From: Caldilineales bacterium
GTDB taxonomy: Bacteria > Chloroflexota > Anaerolineae > JAAEKA01
Reading direction: 5' to 3'
DNA length: 64,000 nucleotides
NCBI GenBank assembly: GCA_025055015.1
Contig: JANWYQ010000210.1
Coordinates: 22,223-86,222, forward strand
The notes below the pieces were generated by a model. The model was not told the DNA's origin, made no database searches, and saw only the letters and a list, made by a program, of their open reading frames with translations. The position numbers and the translations under genes were made by a program. Positions 31,492 through 40,478 of this stretch are shown piece after piece; the first letter of the stretch is position 1, and each line of letters starts with the position of its first letter.

Positions 31492-31728
31492 ATGACAGTT
31501 ACTGTGTCTGTTTACGAGGCAAAGGCCCTGTTTTCTGAGCTTTTGGATCGCGTGGTCGCCGGCGAAGAGGTACTTATCGCCGATGCCGGGAAGCCTGTAG
31601 CCCGCCTGATGCCGTTCGTCGAGCAGCCGACACAAAGAACACCAGGCACGGCGATAGGCAAGATCACCATAGCCCCAGATTTCGACGATCCCTTGCCTGA
31701 CGAGATTTTGGACCTCTTCGAGGCATGA
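31492..31728 (+). CDS. Type II antitoxin, Phd/YefM-like
   Basis: MTVTVSVYEAKALFSELLDRV...PVARLMP fits the Phd/YefM fold. Stop overlaps the vapC start (ATGA). Confidence 0.55.
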   Translation: MTVTVSVYEAKALFSELLDRVVAGEEVLIADAGKPVARLMPFVEQPTQRTPGTAIGKITIAPDFDDPLPDEILDLFEA

Positions 31729-32111
31729 GAGCGTTGCTAGACACGCACGCGTTTCTGTGGTGGATCACCAATGATCCACGGCTAACTGCACGCGTGCAGA
31801 AGACCGTCCAGAACCCTGGAAACCTCATCTTCTTGAGCGCAGCTAGCGGATGGGAGCTTGCTATTAAAGCGAGCATCGGCAAACTTCATGTGTCTCAAGA
31901 TCTCGATACGTTTATCAGTGAACAGTTGACGCTCAACCGCATTGATGTGCTGCCCGTACTGATGAGCCACGCTCTCTTCGTGCGCAAATTGCCCGCGCAC
32001 CACAGAGACCCCTTTGATCGTTTGTTGGTGGCCCAGAGCCTTGTTGAAGGGATGCCCCTGATAACAAGCGATCCGCTAATCGCGAAATACTCCGTGCAGG
32101 TGATCTGGTAG
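31725..32111 (+). CDS. vapC: PIN-domain toxin VapC
   Basis: LLDTHAFLWW..., SAASGWELAIK, and ITSD motifs of VapC. Confidence 0.75.
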   Translation: MRALLDTHAFLWWITNDPRLTARVQKTVQNPGNLIFLSAASGWELAIKASIGKLHVSQDLDTFISEQLTLNRIDVLPVLMSHALFVRKLPAHHRDPFDRLLVAQSLVEGMPLITSDPLIAKYSVQVIW

Positions 32112-32127
32112 GGAGCCGAGCTCGAGA

Positions 32128-33441
32128 ATGGAACTTGTTCTCGTCATCGGTCGCGGGGGCCGTGAGCACGCGCTGGCCTGGAAGCTGGCGCAGTCCTCGC
32201 GCGTGCAGCGGGTGTGGGTCGCGCCGGGCAACGGCGGCACGGCGCTGGCGGGCGGCAAGATCGCCAACGTTCCCCTGCCGGAGAGCGACTTCGCAGGGCT
32301 GATTGCCTTCGCCAGGCAGAACGGCGTGACCCTGACCGTGGTGGGGCCGGAGGCGCCGCTGGCCGAGGGCATCGTGGACGCCTTCCAGGCCGCGGGCCTC
32401 CGCTGCTTCGGCCCCTCCAGGGCTGCGGCGCAGATCGAGGCCTCCAAGGCATTTGCCAAGGACTTCATGGCCCGCCACGGCATCCCCACCGCCCGCTATG
32501 CCATCTTCACCGACTTCGACGCGGCCCTGGCCCATCTGCGCCGGGTAGACTACCCGGTGGTGATCAAGGCCTCGGGCCTGGCTGCCGGCACAGGGGTGAT
32601 CGTGCCGGATACGCCGGACGATGCCGAGGCGGCCCTGCGCCAGATCATGGTGGCACGGGAGTTCGGCGCAGCCGGCGATCAGGTGGTGATCGAGGAGCGG
32701 CTGGAGGGGCAGGAGGCGTCGGTGTTGGCTTTCTGCGACGGCCGCACGGTGGCGGTGATGCCGGCCGCGCAGGACCACAAGCGGGTCTTTGACGGTGACC
32801 AAGGCCCCAACACCGGCGGCATGGGCGCCTATGCGCCGGCCCCCCTGGTGACCCCGCAGCTTCTGGAGGAGGTGCGCCGCACCGTCCTGCAGCCGGCGGT
32901 GGACGGCCTCGCCGCCGAGGGCGCTCCTTACGTCGGCGTCCTCTACGCCGGCTTGATGATCGCCCCGAGCCGCTCACCGCTCACCGTTCGGGGCTCATCC
33001 CTCCACGTTCTCGAGTTCAACTGTCGCTTCGGCGACCCCGAGACCCAGGCCATCCTGCCCCTGTTGGAGAGCGACCTGGTGGAGGTGGTGGAAGCCTGTC
33101 TGGACGGCCGGCTGGCCGAGGCAGACGTGCGCTGGCGGCAGGGCTCGGCGGCCACCGTAGTCGCCGCGTCGGAGGGCTACCCCGGCCCGTATCCCAAGGG
33201 CCGCGAGGTCGCCGGCGTGGCCGAGGCCGAGGCGCTGCCGGGCGTGGCAGTGTTCCACGCCGGCACGCGGCTGACGGAGGACGGCCGGCTGGTGACCGAC
33301 GGCGGCCGCGTGCTGGCCGTCACCGGCGTCGGCGACGACTTGACGACGGCGCTGGCCCGCGCCTACGCTGCCATCGAGCGCATCCGCTTCCAGGGTATGC
33401 ACTATCGTCGCGACATTGGCGCCAAGGCCATCGTAGGTTAA
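32128..33441 (+). CDS. purD: Phosphoribosylamine-glycine ligase PurD
   Basis: ATP-grasp PurD motifs (VLVIGRGGREHALAWKL, VIKASGLAAGTGV, EFNCRFGDPETQ). Small in-frame repeat-derived insertion at 32971-32991. Confidence 0.9.
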   Translation: MELVLVIGRGGREHALAWKLAQSSRVQRVWVAPGNGGTALAGGKIANVPLPESDFAGLIAFARQNGVTLTVVGPEAPLAEGIVDAFQAAGLRCFGPSRAAAQIEASKAFAKDFMARHGIPTARYAIFTDFDAALAHLRRVDYPVVIKASGLAAGTGVIVPDTPDDAEAALRQIMVAREFGAAGDQVVIEERLEGQEASVLAFCDGRTVAVMPAAQDHKRVFDGDQGPNTGGMGAYAPAPLVTPQLLEEVRRTVLQPAVDGLAAEGAPYVGVLYAGLMIAPSRSPLTVRGSSLHVLEFNCRFGDPETQAILPLLESDLVEVVEACLDGRLAEADVRWRQGSAATVVAASEGYPGPYPKGREVAGVAEAEALPGVAVFHAGTRLTEDGRLVTDGGRVLAVTGVGDDLTTALARAYAAIERIRFQGMHYRRDIGAKAIVG

Positions 33442-33464
33442 AATGCAGCCATGGCCGAGCCGGG

Positions 33465-34037
33465 ATGTACGATGGGCCGGCAGAGCTGTTGACCTACTTC
33501 CCGGACTTCCGCTACTGGCTGGTGGATCTCAGCCAGTTCACCGACCAGGAGGTCCGCGGCGAGGCGGTCTTGCGGCTGGTCCTCCTGGCCATGAAGCATG
33601 TCAACGACCCAGACGGCATCCGTCGGGTCTGCGAGATCTTCGACCTAATGGAGCGGCTGTGGCAGACGGAGAGCACGGCGGAGGTCGTAGCCTTGGTCTT
33701 GCGCTATCTCGCCACAGGCAGCACCACCATGACGGAAGCAGACCTGCGAGACGCCATGGAGCAACATTGGCCCGAAGGAGTGACGATTATGGCAACGATA
33801 GCAGACAATTGGTTGCGGCAGGGCATTCAGCAAGGCATTCTGCAAGGGCGACGTGAGGGCTTGATTGACGCGATCAGCCTGGGCATCCGCCTGCGCTTCG
33901 GCAAAGAAGGGCTGCCGCTCCTGCCCGAAATCCGCAGGATCGAGGACATCGCGGTGTTGGAGGCCATCTACGACAGCTTTGAAACCATCGAAAGCCTCGA
34001 CGACCTGCGGCGCATCTACGCCCGACCCCAGCCATGA
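33465..34037 (+). pseudogene. Rpn/YhgA-like putative transposase, C-terminal portion only (DUF4351-like); N-terminal PD-(D/E)XK domain missing
   Basis: C-terminal ...WLRQGIQQGILQGRREGLIDAISLGIRLRFG... resembles Rpn-family tails. The ORF is ~190 aa versus ~300 for intact members. Wedged between purD and purM. Confidence 0.4.
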
Positions 34038-35050
34038 GCCCTTCCGCCTACGCAAGGGCCGGAGTGGACATCGCTGCCGGCAACCGCGCCGTGAAGCTGA
34101 TGCGCGACGCAGTGCGCTCCACCTACGGCCCTGAGGTGCTGCTGGGGATCGGCGCGTTCGGCGGCCTGTTCAACGCCGCCGCGCTGAAGGCCATGGACGC
34201 GCCGGTGCTGGTGGCGTCCACCGACGGCGTGGGCACCAAGACCAAGGTCGCTGCGGCCCTGGTCCGCTACGAGACCATCGGCCACGACCTGGTCAACCAC
34301 TGCGTCAACGACATCCTGGTGCAGGGCGCGCGGCCGCTGTTCTTCCTGGACTACATTGCCAGCAGCCGGCTGGACCCGGAGATGGTGGCCACGGTGGTGA
34401 GTGGCGTGGCCGCCGCCTGCCGAGCGGTGGGCTGCGCGCTGCTGGGCGGCGAGACCGCAGAGATGCCCGATGTCTACGCCCCCGGCGAGTTCGACCTGGT
34501 GGGGACCATCGTGGGCGTGGTGGACCGCCGGGAGATCATAGACGGCTCGGCTGTGCGGCCGGGCGATGCGGTGATCGGCCTGCCCTCCTCAGGCCTGCAC
34601 ACCAACGGCTACTCCCTGGCCCGCCGTGTGTTGGACGGCTGGGACCTCCGGGCGGAGGCACCGGAGCTGGGCCGGCCGCTGGGCGAGGCGCTGTTGGCGC
34701 CCCACCGCTGCTATTTGGCCGAGGTCCAACGCCTGCGCCGGGCCGGCGTTCGCATCAATGCACTCGCCCACATCACGGGCGGCGGCCTGATAGACAACCC
34801 GCCGCGCATCCTGCCCCCCGGCACGGCCATCCGCCTGCGCCGCGGCAGCTGGCCTATCCCTCCCCTCTTCCACCTCCTCCAGCGCGTCGGCCAGATTGAC
34901 GACGCCGAGATGGCCCACGTCTTCAACCTGGGCCTGGGCATGCTGATCGTCCTCCCCGCCGATCAGGCAAACCTGGCCCTGAGCGTTCTGGGCGAGGGTT
35001 GGCTGGTGGGTGAGGTGGTGGAGGGCGAGCCGCAGTGTGTGATTGCGTAA
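34034..35050 (+). CDS. purM: AIR synthetase PurM
   Basis: Motifs GVDIAAGN, VASTDGVGTK, GGETAEMP. ATGA overlap with the upstream ORF. Confidence 0.9.
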   Translation: MSPSAYARAGVDIAAGNRAVKLMRDAVRSTYGPEVLLGIGAFGGLFNAAALKAMDAPVLVASTDGVGTKTKVAAALVRYETIGHDLVNHCVNDILVQGARPLFFLDYIASSRLDPEMVATVVSGVAAACRAVGCALLGGETAEMPDVYAPGEFDLVGTIVGVVDRREIIDGSAVRPGDAVIGLPSSGLHTNGYSLARRVLDGWDLRAEAPELGRPLGEALLAPHRCYLAEVQRLRRAGVRINALAHITGGGLIDNPPRILPPGTAIRLRRGSWPIPPLFHLLQRVGQIDDAEMAHVFNLGLGMLIVLPADQANLALSVLGEGWLVGEVVEGEPQCVIA

Positions 35051-35057
35051 TCCCTCC

Positions 35058-35675
35058 ATGCCCCCTCGCCTCGCCGTTCTCATCTCCGGCAGCGGCACCA
35101 ACCTGCAGGCCATCATGGACGCCATCGCAGCTGGCCGGCTCGACGCACAGATCGTGGTCGTGGTGTCCAACCGCCGCGACGCCTATGGCCTGGTGCGCGC
35201 GGGGCGGGCCGGCATTCCTACCCTCTACGTTCCCCTCAAGCCCTACACCGAGGCAGGCCGGCCGCGCGCGGACTACGACGCCGACCTGGCCGAGCGGGTG
35301 GCGGCCTACGCGCCCGACCTGGTGGTGTTGGCCGGCTGGATGCACGTGCTCAGCCCGTCCTTCCTGGATCGCTTTCCCGGCCGCGTTCTCAACCTGCACC
35401 CGGCGCTGCCCGGCCAGTTCCCCGGCACCCATGCCATCCAGCGCGCGTTCGAAGCTTTCCGGCGGGGGGAGATTGACCACACCGGCGTCATGGTCCACTG
35501 GGTGGTGCCCGAGGTGGATGCCGGGCCGGTGATCGCCAGCGAGGTTGTCCCCATCCTCCCCACGGACACGGTGGACGACCTGGAGGCGCGTGTCCACGCC
35601 GTCGAGCATCGCCTGTTGGTGGAGGCTATCCGCCGCGCGTTGGGGGAGCGGTGGTCGGTGAACGGTGAACGGTGA
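35058..35675 (+). CDS. purN: GAR formyltransferase PurN
   Basis: LISGSGTNL, NLHPALPG..G, HxV..ExDxGP motifs. C-terminal tail (GERWSVNGER) is encoded by heptamer repeats. Confidence 0.85.
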   Translation: MPPRLAVLISGSGTNLQAIMDAIAAGRLDAQIVVVVSNRRDAYGLVRAGRAGIPTLYVPLKPYTEAGRPRADYDADLAERVAAYAPDLVVLAGWMHVLSPSFLDRFPGRVLNLHPALPGQFPGTHAIQRAFEAFRRGEIDHTGVMVHWVVPEVDAGPVIASEVVPILPTDTVDDLEARVHAVEHRLLVEAIRRALGERWSVNGER

Positions 35676-35692
35676 ACGGTAAACGCTGAACG
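35654..35692. repeat. Heptamer repeat GGTGAAC x ~5 spanning the purN stop codon
   Basis: ggtggtcggtgaacggtgaacggtgaacggtaaacgctgaacgg. Confidence 0.7.
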
Positions 35693-35693
35693 G

Positions 35694-35935
35694 TTTTTGT
35701 GGAGTGCGCACCCCCAGGTGCGCACGGGGGTTGGGTTTTGCGAAGTGCGCCCTCCAGGTGCGCGCCAGCCCCTAGGTTTTCGGAGTGCGCACCCCTAGGT
35801 GCGCAGGGGGGCTGGGTTTTGTGGAGTGCGCTCCCTGGGTCCGCGCCAGCCCCTAGGTTTTCGGAGTGCGCCCCCCAGGTGAGCACGGAAAGGTTGCACC
35901 CCTAGGTGCGCACGGGAGGGTTGCCCCCGTCTTGC
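35694..35935. repeat. Tandem array of ~6 degenerate 41-bp units, each with a 9-bp GC hairpin (GTGCGCACC-cccA-GGTGCGCAC) and a TTTT tract; REP/BIME-like
   Basis: Units TTTTGyGGAGTGCGCnCCCCyAGGTGCGCrsGGGsyGG repeated head-to-tail between convergent purN and the exonuclease gene. Confidence 0.75.
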
Positions 35936-35945
35936 GAACCCCGGA

Positions 35946-37358
35946 TCAGCTCGACGGATCTGCCCTGCTGGCGTCCCCCGTCGCCTCCGGCCGCCGGCCG
36001 GCCAGCTTGGCCTCGATGCGCGCCAGGCGATGGCGCAGCTCGGCCAGGACTTGCTCGCGGTCGGGTCCGGCCGGCTGGCCTTGCGCCAGGTGCAGGGCCC
36101 ACAGCGTCCACTTGCGCGCGGCCGCCAGGTCCCCCTCCCGCCACTCGGCGTGCTTGGCCAGCTCCACGTACGGGGTCAGATCGGGGCCGGACACGCTGGT
36201 GATCCACTCCAGCCACACCTCTGCGGCCTCGGCGTGCCGTCCCTGGCGCTTGAGCAGGTCGCCCAGCCGGCTCAAGGCGGCGCGGCGCAGCTCCGGCGCG
36301 AGGGACGAGGCCAGCGCCCGGCGATAGGCCGCCTCGCTGCGCGCCAGCCAGCCCAGCTCCTCGTACGCGCGGCCCAGGCTCACGCCATCGGCCGGATGCG
36401 AGGGGAAAAGGATCTCAGCGTCGGCGCCCCCGTCGAACGGCGCGCACAGGATCGCCGCCAAAGGCGCCATGCTGAGCACGTCCTCCCGGTTGTGGTAGAA
36501 GACCGGCGCCACCACGTCGAAGTTCCCCGTGGCCGCGTAGTCCCGGTAAAGGGAGGGGATCAGCCAGCCGGGCACGTCCTCCTGGCTGCGCCGGAAGGCC
36601 AGGATGTCCCGCTCCAGCGCCGACATGGCGCAGGAGGGCAGGCGCCAGCGCCAGCGCTGCCGGGCCAGGGGCAGCAGGTCCAGGTGGGGCAGGCCGTGCA
36701 GCGAGGAGGGCAGGCGGTTCAGCGCAAAGCGGGTCGCCAGCAGGGGCGCGTCGAACGCGCGGCCGTTGAAGCTCACCAGGCCGGCGCAGCGGCCCAACAG
36801 CTCGGCCACCACGTGCAGCAGCGCGCGCTCCTCCGCCGGGCTGCGCATGAACACCTGGCGCACCACGAAGGCGCTCGCCTCGCCCGCCGTCGGCTCGAAG
36901 GCGCCGATCCCCACCATGAAGGCCAGCGTGCCGGCCCCGCCCGACAGGCCCGTGGTCTCGGTGTCCAAGAAGGCTGCCCGGCGCAGCTCGAAGCCGGCCG
37001 GGTCGGCGCCGTGCGCGCAGGCCGCCACCGCCTGGCCGGAGATGCGCAGCAGTGCGTCCAGCGACACACCCCCGCGCACGGTGGACAGCGGATACGCCGC
37101 CTCCACCACCAGACAAGGCCCGTAGGGGGTGAGCACCTCCTGGCCCGGCGCAGGCGACGAGTGGGGCCGGTCTCCGACGCCGGTCCAGTTTCCCCGGTGG
37201 TCGTGCACCTGCTGCGGAGGGGTTGCCGGGGGCGCAGCCTTCGGCGGAGGCGACTTCAGACCGGCGACCCCGCGCTGCACGCCCAGGTGCTGCAGGCGGC
37301 GCAGTCGCTCGGCGACGTTGTCGGCGGGGCGGCGGCTGCTCGGTGGCTCGTCGCTCAT
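35946..37358 (-). CDS. RNase-H-fold 3'-5' exonuclease-like protein (YprB family) with C-terminal TPR repeats
   Basis: FLDTETTGLSGG exonuclease motif I, then FNGRAFDAPLL; C-terminal helical TPR-like repeats. Confidence 0.55.
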   Translation of the reverse strand: MSDEPPSSRRPADNVAERLRRLQHLGVQRGVAGLKSPPPKAAPPATPPQQVHDHRGNWTGVGDRPHSSPAPGQEVLTPYGPCLVVEAAYPLSTVRGGVSLDALLRISGQAVAACAHGADPAGFELRRAAFLDTETTGLSGGAGTLAFMVGIGAFEPTAGEASAFVVRQVFMRSPAEERALLHVVAELLGRCAGLVSFNGRAFDAPLLATRFALNRLPSSLHGLPHLDLLPLARQRWRWRLPSCAMSALERDILAFRRSQEDVPGWLIPSLYRDYAATGNFDVVAPVFYHNREDVLSMAPLAAILCAPFDGGADAEILFPSHPADGVSLGRAYEELGWLARSEAAYRRALASSLAPELRRAALSRLGDLLKRQGRHAEAAEVWLEWITSVSGPDLTPYVELAKHAEWREGDLAAARKWTLWALHLAQGQPAGPDREQVLAELRHRLARIEAKLAGRRPEATGDASRADPSS

Positions 37359-37361
37359 GGC

Positions 37362-38330
37362 TCATTGCACCAGGGAGGCCAGCATGACGGTGACGAAGTT
37401 GTAGCCGAAGTGGGTTAAGATGCACACCGTCAGGTTGGTGCGCTGGCGCAACACGCCCAACACCAGGGCGATCATCAGGATCAGCAGCGTGGCCGGCGAG
37501 AAGCCGTACTGGCTGTGCAGCACGGTGAACAGCGCGGCGGGCACCAGCAGGCCGAAGCGGGGCTGCAGCGCGCCCCGGAACACCAGCTCCTCCCCCACCG
37601 CTGCCGTGAAGCCGAGGGTGAAGGCAGCCAACGGCCCGGAGAACTCGCCGAACAGCAGGTTGCTGGCGTTGCTCAGCCGATCGAACCCGGCGGGGTCCAG
37701 GCTGCGCCAGATCAGCGCTACCATCACCTGGGCGCTGAAGAGGAACGCCACCGCCAGGCCGGCCACCACTGCGTGGCCGACGGTCGGCCAGGTCAGCCCC
37801 AGGCGCTCTGCCACCTCCCTTGGGGAGCGATGGACGAACAGGCCCACGCCCGACACGGCTAGCAGCACCATGCCCAGCGCCTGGCTCCACGCCAGCGCCG
37901 AGGTGAGCCGCAGCTCGAGGGACTGTACCACCGCCGGGTCGGTCAGCAGCCGCTGCTGGCCGATGCCGAGCCCAACGACGTACACTGCATACACCAGCGC
38001 CGTGGTGTGCACGGGCGACGCCGGGTCAATGGGGATCAGCCGCGCCAGCCCCCGTCGCACCGGGGGCAGCAGGGGTAGAAAGGCCACCAGCCCGGTGAAG
38101 CCGATCCCGCGCAACAGGGCATCGAGGGCGGGCTCCGCTTCTGGAGGAATTCCGACCAGCTCCGTCTGGGGAGCCAGGCTGGCCAGGCCGGCGTTGAGCA
38201 TCAAGAGGTTGAGAGCGATGAGCGCGCCGTAGGTGAGCCAGGTAAAGGCGGGGCTGTGGCGTCCCAGGTTGGCCAGCACCAGCACGATGGAGAGCAACAC
38301 AAAGGGCAAGAGGGTAAAGCCAATTTCCAC
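37362..38330 (-). CDS. CPBP-family intramembrane metalloprotease (CAAX protease / Abi-like)
   Basis: Motif 1 EELVFRG, motif FxxxH (TVLHSQYG), and motif 3 HFGYN, inside a polytopic membrane protein. Confidence 0.75.
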   Translation of the reverse strand: MEIGFTLLPFVLLSIVLVLANLGRHSPAFTWLTYGALIALNLLMLNAGLASLAPQTELVGIPPEAEPALDALLRGIGFTGLVAFLPLLPPVRRGLARLIPIDPASPVHTTALVYAVYVVGLGIGQQRLLTDPAVVQSLELRLTSALAWSQALGMVLLAVSGVGLFVHRSPREVAERLGLTWPTVGHAVVAGLAVAFLFSAQVMVALIWRSLDPAGFDRLSNASNLLFGEFSGPLAAFTLGFTAAVGEELVFRGALQPRFGLLVPAALFTVLHSQYGFSPATLLILMIALVLGVLRQRTNLTVCILTHFGYNFVTVMLASLVQ

Positions 38331-38351
38331 GCATGCCTCCTGAGGAACGGA

Positions 38352-39923
38352 TCATCGGCTACGGGCCTGGGCCACCGCGGGGCGGGCGCGCCACCGCTCC
38401 AGCGCACGCGCCACGTTGGGCGGCAGGGCGTCGCCCACCTGCTCGCGCAGGTAGGCAAGGATGCGCTGAGCCGTGATGCCCTGGGCCGCCGCCCGACGTA
38501 GGCCGTTCTGCGTGATCCGATAGCGAAAGGGTGGGCCGCCCGGCGTCCAGGTGGTGAAGCGGCTCACCCGGAACCGCTCTAGCAGCGGCGCGTCGGCCGG
38601 CACCACCACCGTGAAATCGGGCAGCACCGCTATTCGTCCGTCGCACGGCTCCGGCGGCGGTGGATCGCCGGCCAGCCAGGCCCGGCCGGCAGCGGTCCAG
38701 TGCACCGCGGCGTGGTCGGTCGGCCGCAAGGGCTCGACGGCCTCCGCAACCTCTGTCGCGTCCAGCTCCACAGCGCCCAGCCAGAAGAGGGGGCCGGTGA
38801 ACAGAAAACGCAGCAGCGCCCCCTCGACGGCGTCCCAGTGCTCCACGCCCCGCAGGTAGCGCGGCTCCGCCCGCAGGCGCACGTACCACGTGTCGAAGCC
38901 GTCCTCCCCGCGTTGGAAGTCGGGGGCCAAGCGCCGGATCGCTGCGATCAGGTCCGCCAGGCTGGCCCAGCGGTCGTCCAAAAGCTCCAGAGCGAGGGGC
39001 AGCACCCGCGCCCGCGTGGCTGTCGGATCGTTGGCCCAGGAGCCGGTGGCCTCGCAGCGCAGCGAGGGCGTGCGGCACAGGTCGTTCCAGGCTGTAGACG
39101 TGCGCCAGGCGTCCAGCAGCGTGCGTCGCTGTACCGCGCGCGGCGCAGCCAGCCACTCGTGGGCGGCGCGGTGGTCGAGCGTCCAGCGGCCTCGACTGCG
39201 GCGAACCCAGCCCAGCTCGTGCGCCAGCGTCAAGACCAGCGCAGCGGGGCCGGCCGCGTCCGCAGCAGAGAAGTCCTCGTCGGACGGCGGCGGGTGCAAC
39301 AAGAAGCGGCGCAGCTCGTAGAGAGTGCTGGAGCGCCAGGCCATGCCGGTCCCGGCCGTCGCCGGTTGCGCCTGCCCCGCCTGGACGAAGGCCAACAGCG
39401 TGCCCATGTCGTGGAGCAGGCCGTCGCCGAAGGCGTGAACCCGGCTTGGCGCCGGCTGGGCGGGCAGGCTCGCCGAAGGCACCGGCGTCGGCGGCAGCGA
39501 CAGCTGTTGGGCCACGTCGGCGGGGATGTAAACGAACTCCGCCAGCCCCGCGCCCGCCGAGCGAAAGCCCCGGAAGATCAGGCCGCGATACCACAGCTCC
39601 TCGGCCGGGCTGGCCGGCGCTCGGTGGGGCTGTTCTCGCTCCAGACGGCCGGGCCCCATGGGCCGGATGAAGCCGTAGCGCAGCGCGAAGGTGGTCCAGG
39701 GCATGTGGCCGCCGCGATCGAGCAGGTCGCGCAGGGCAGCCTGCGCCGGCAGCGAGCACGACGCCACCACCGCCGGCAGGTAGGCCGGGTCGCTCAGCTC
39801 CTTCGCCAGCTGCTCGGCCATGGCGCGAGCCGCGTTGCTGGCCAGCCTCACGCCGTTGACCTCGGCGATGGCCCGCAGCATGGCCGGCGGATGGTCAAGC
39901 AGGCTGTGCAGCAGGTCGCTCAT
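38352..39923 (-). CDS. Hypothetical protein (~520 aa), possible helicase-associated/winged-helix domains
   Basis: Start taken at MSDLLHSL (atg complement 39921-39923). No confident catalytic motif. Confidence 0.45.
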   Translation of the reverse strand: MSDLLHSLLDHPPAMLRAIAEVNGVRLASNAARAMAEQLAKELSDPAYLPAVVASCSLPAQAALRDLLDRGGHMPWTTFALRYGFIRPMGPGRLEREQPHRAPASPAEELWYRGLIFRGFRSAGAGLAEFVYIPADVAQQLSLPPTPVPSASLPAQPAPSRVHAFGDGLLHDMGTLLAFVQAGQAQPATAGTGMAWRSSTLYELRRFLLHPPPSDEDFSAADAAGPAALVLTLAHELGWVRRSRGRWTLDHRAAHEWLAAPRAVQRRTLLDAWRTSTAWNDLCRTPSLRCEATGSWANDPTATRARVLPLALELLDDRWASLADLIAAIRRLAPDFQRGEDGFDTWYVRLRAEPRYLRGVEHWDAVEGALLRFLFTGPLFWLGAVELDATEVAEAVEPLRPTDHAAVHWTAAGRAWLAGDPPPPEPCDGRIAVLPDFTVVVPADAPLLERFRVSRFTTWTPGGPPFRYRITQNGLRRAAAQGITAQRILAYLREQVGDALPPNVARALERWRARPAVAQARSR

Positions 39924-40088
39924 GGGATCGAAGGGCGCCGGGCCGGCAGGGACAAGGCGACCGGATGGCCGGCGCCGTCGGTTTGGCAAGGCTTGAGCGC
40001 CGGGGTATAATCGCTCTCGGCGCCGCAAAATCGCTCACGCTTGTGCTGTGAGCAGTTCGGCTGAAAATCGCTCACGGAGACCGCACTG

Positions 40089-40478
40089 ATGACCCAAAAC
40101 GTTCACGACGAGGAGCGACGACGAGGCTTTCTGTCGGAGCTGATCGCCAACTTCCAACTGGCCCTGCGGCTCATGGCGGACTCGCAGGTGCCGCTGGGCA
40201 CCAAGCTGCTGCTGCCTTTGCTGACCCTGGGCTACTTCGCGTTGCCCGTGGACCTGCTGCCCGACGTCGTTCCCTTCCTGGGACAGTTCGACGACCTGAT
40301 CGCGCTGGTGCTGCTCACCCGGCTCTTCATCGCTCTGGCGCCGGCCGACGTGGTGGCAGCCCATCGCGCTCAGATGGGCCTGGGCAGCAAGGAGGCGGGT
40401 CGGCGAGGCAAAGACAGCAGCGCCCAGCGTGCCGAAGAGGTGATTGACGCCGATTTCCGGGTGATGCGCGATGGTTAG
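40089..40478 (+). CDS. DUF1232/YkvA-family small membrane protein
   Basis: LLPDVVPFLGQFDDL, cf. the family motif DxIPxxGxxDD. Confidence 0.6.
   Translation: MTQNVHDEERRRGFLSELIANFQLALRLMADSQVPLGTKLLLPLLTLGYFALPVDLLPDVVPFLGQFDDLIALVLLTRLFIALAPADVVAAHRAQMGLGSKEAGRRGKDSSAQRAEEVIDADFRVMRDG

Noticed and set aside
35694-35935. Possible CRISPR array (regularly spaced repeats with palindromes)
   Set aside because: Units are contiguous with no unique spacers. The period is 41 bp rather than the ~60-70 bp of a repeat plus spacer. Copies are degenerate, and no cas genes are nearby. Better explained as a REP/BIME-like hairpin array.
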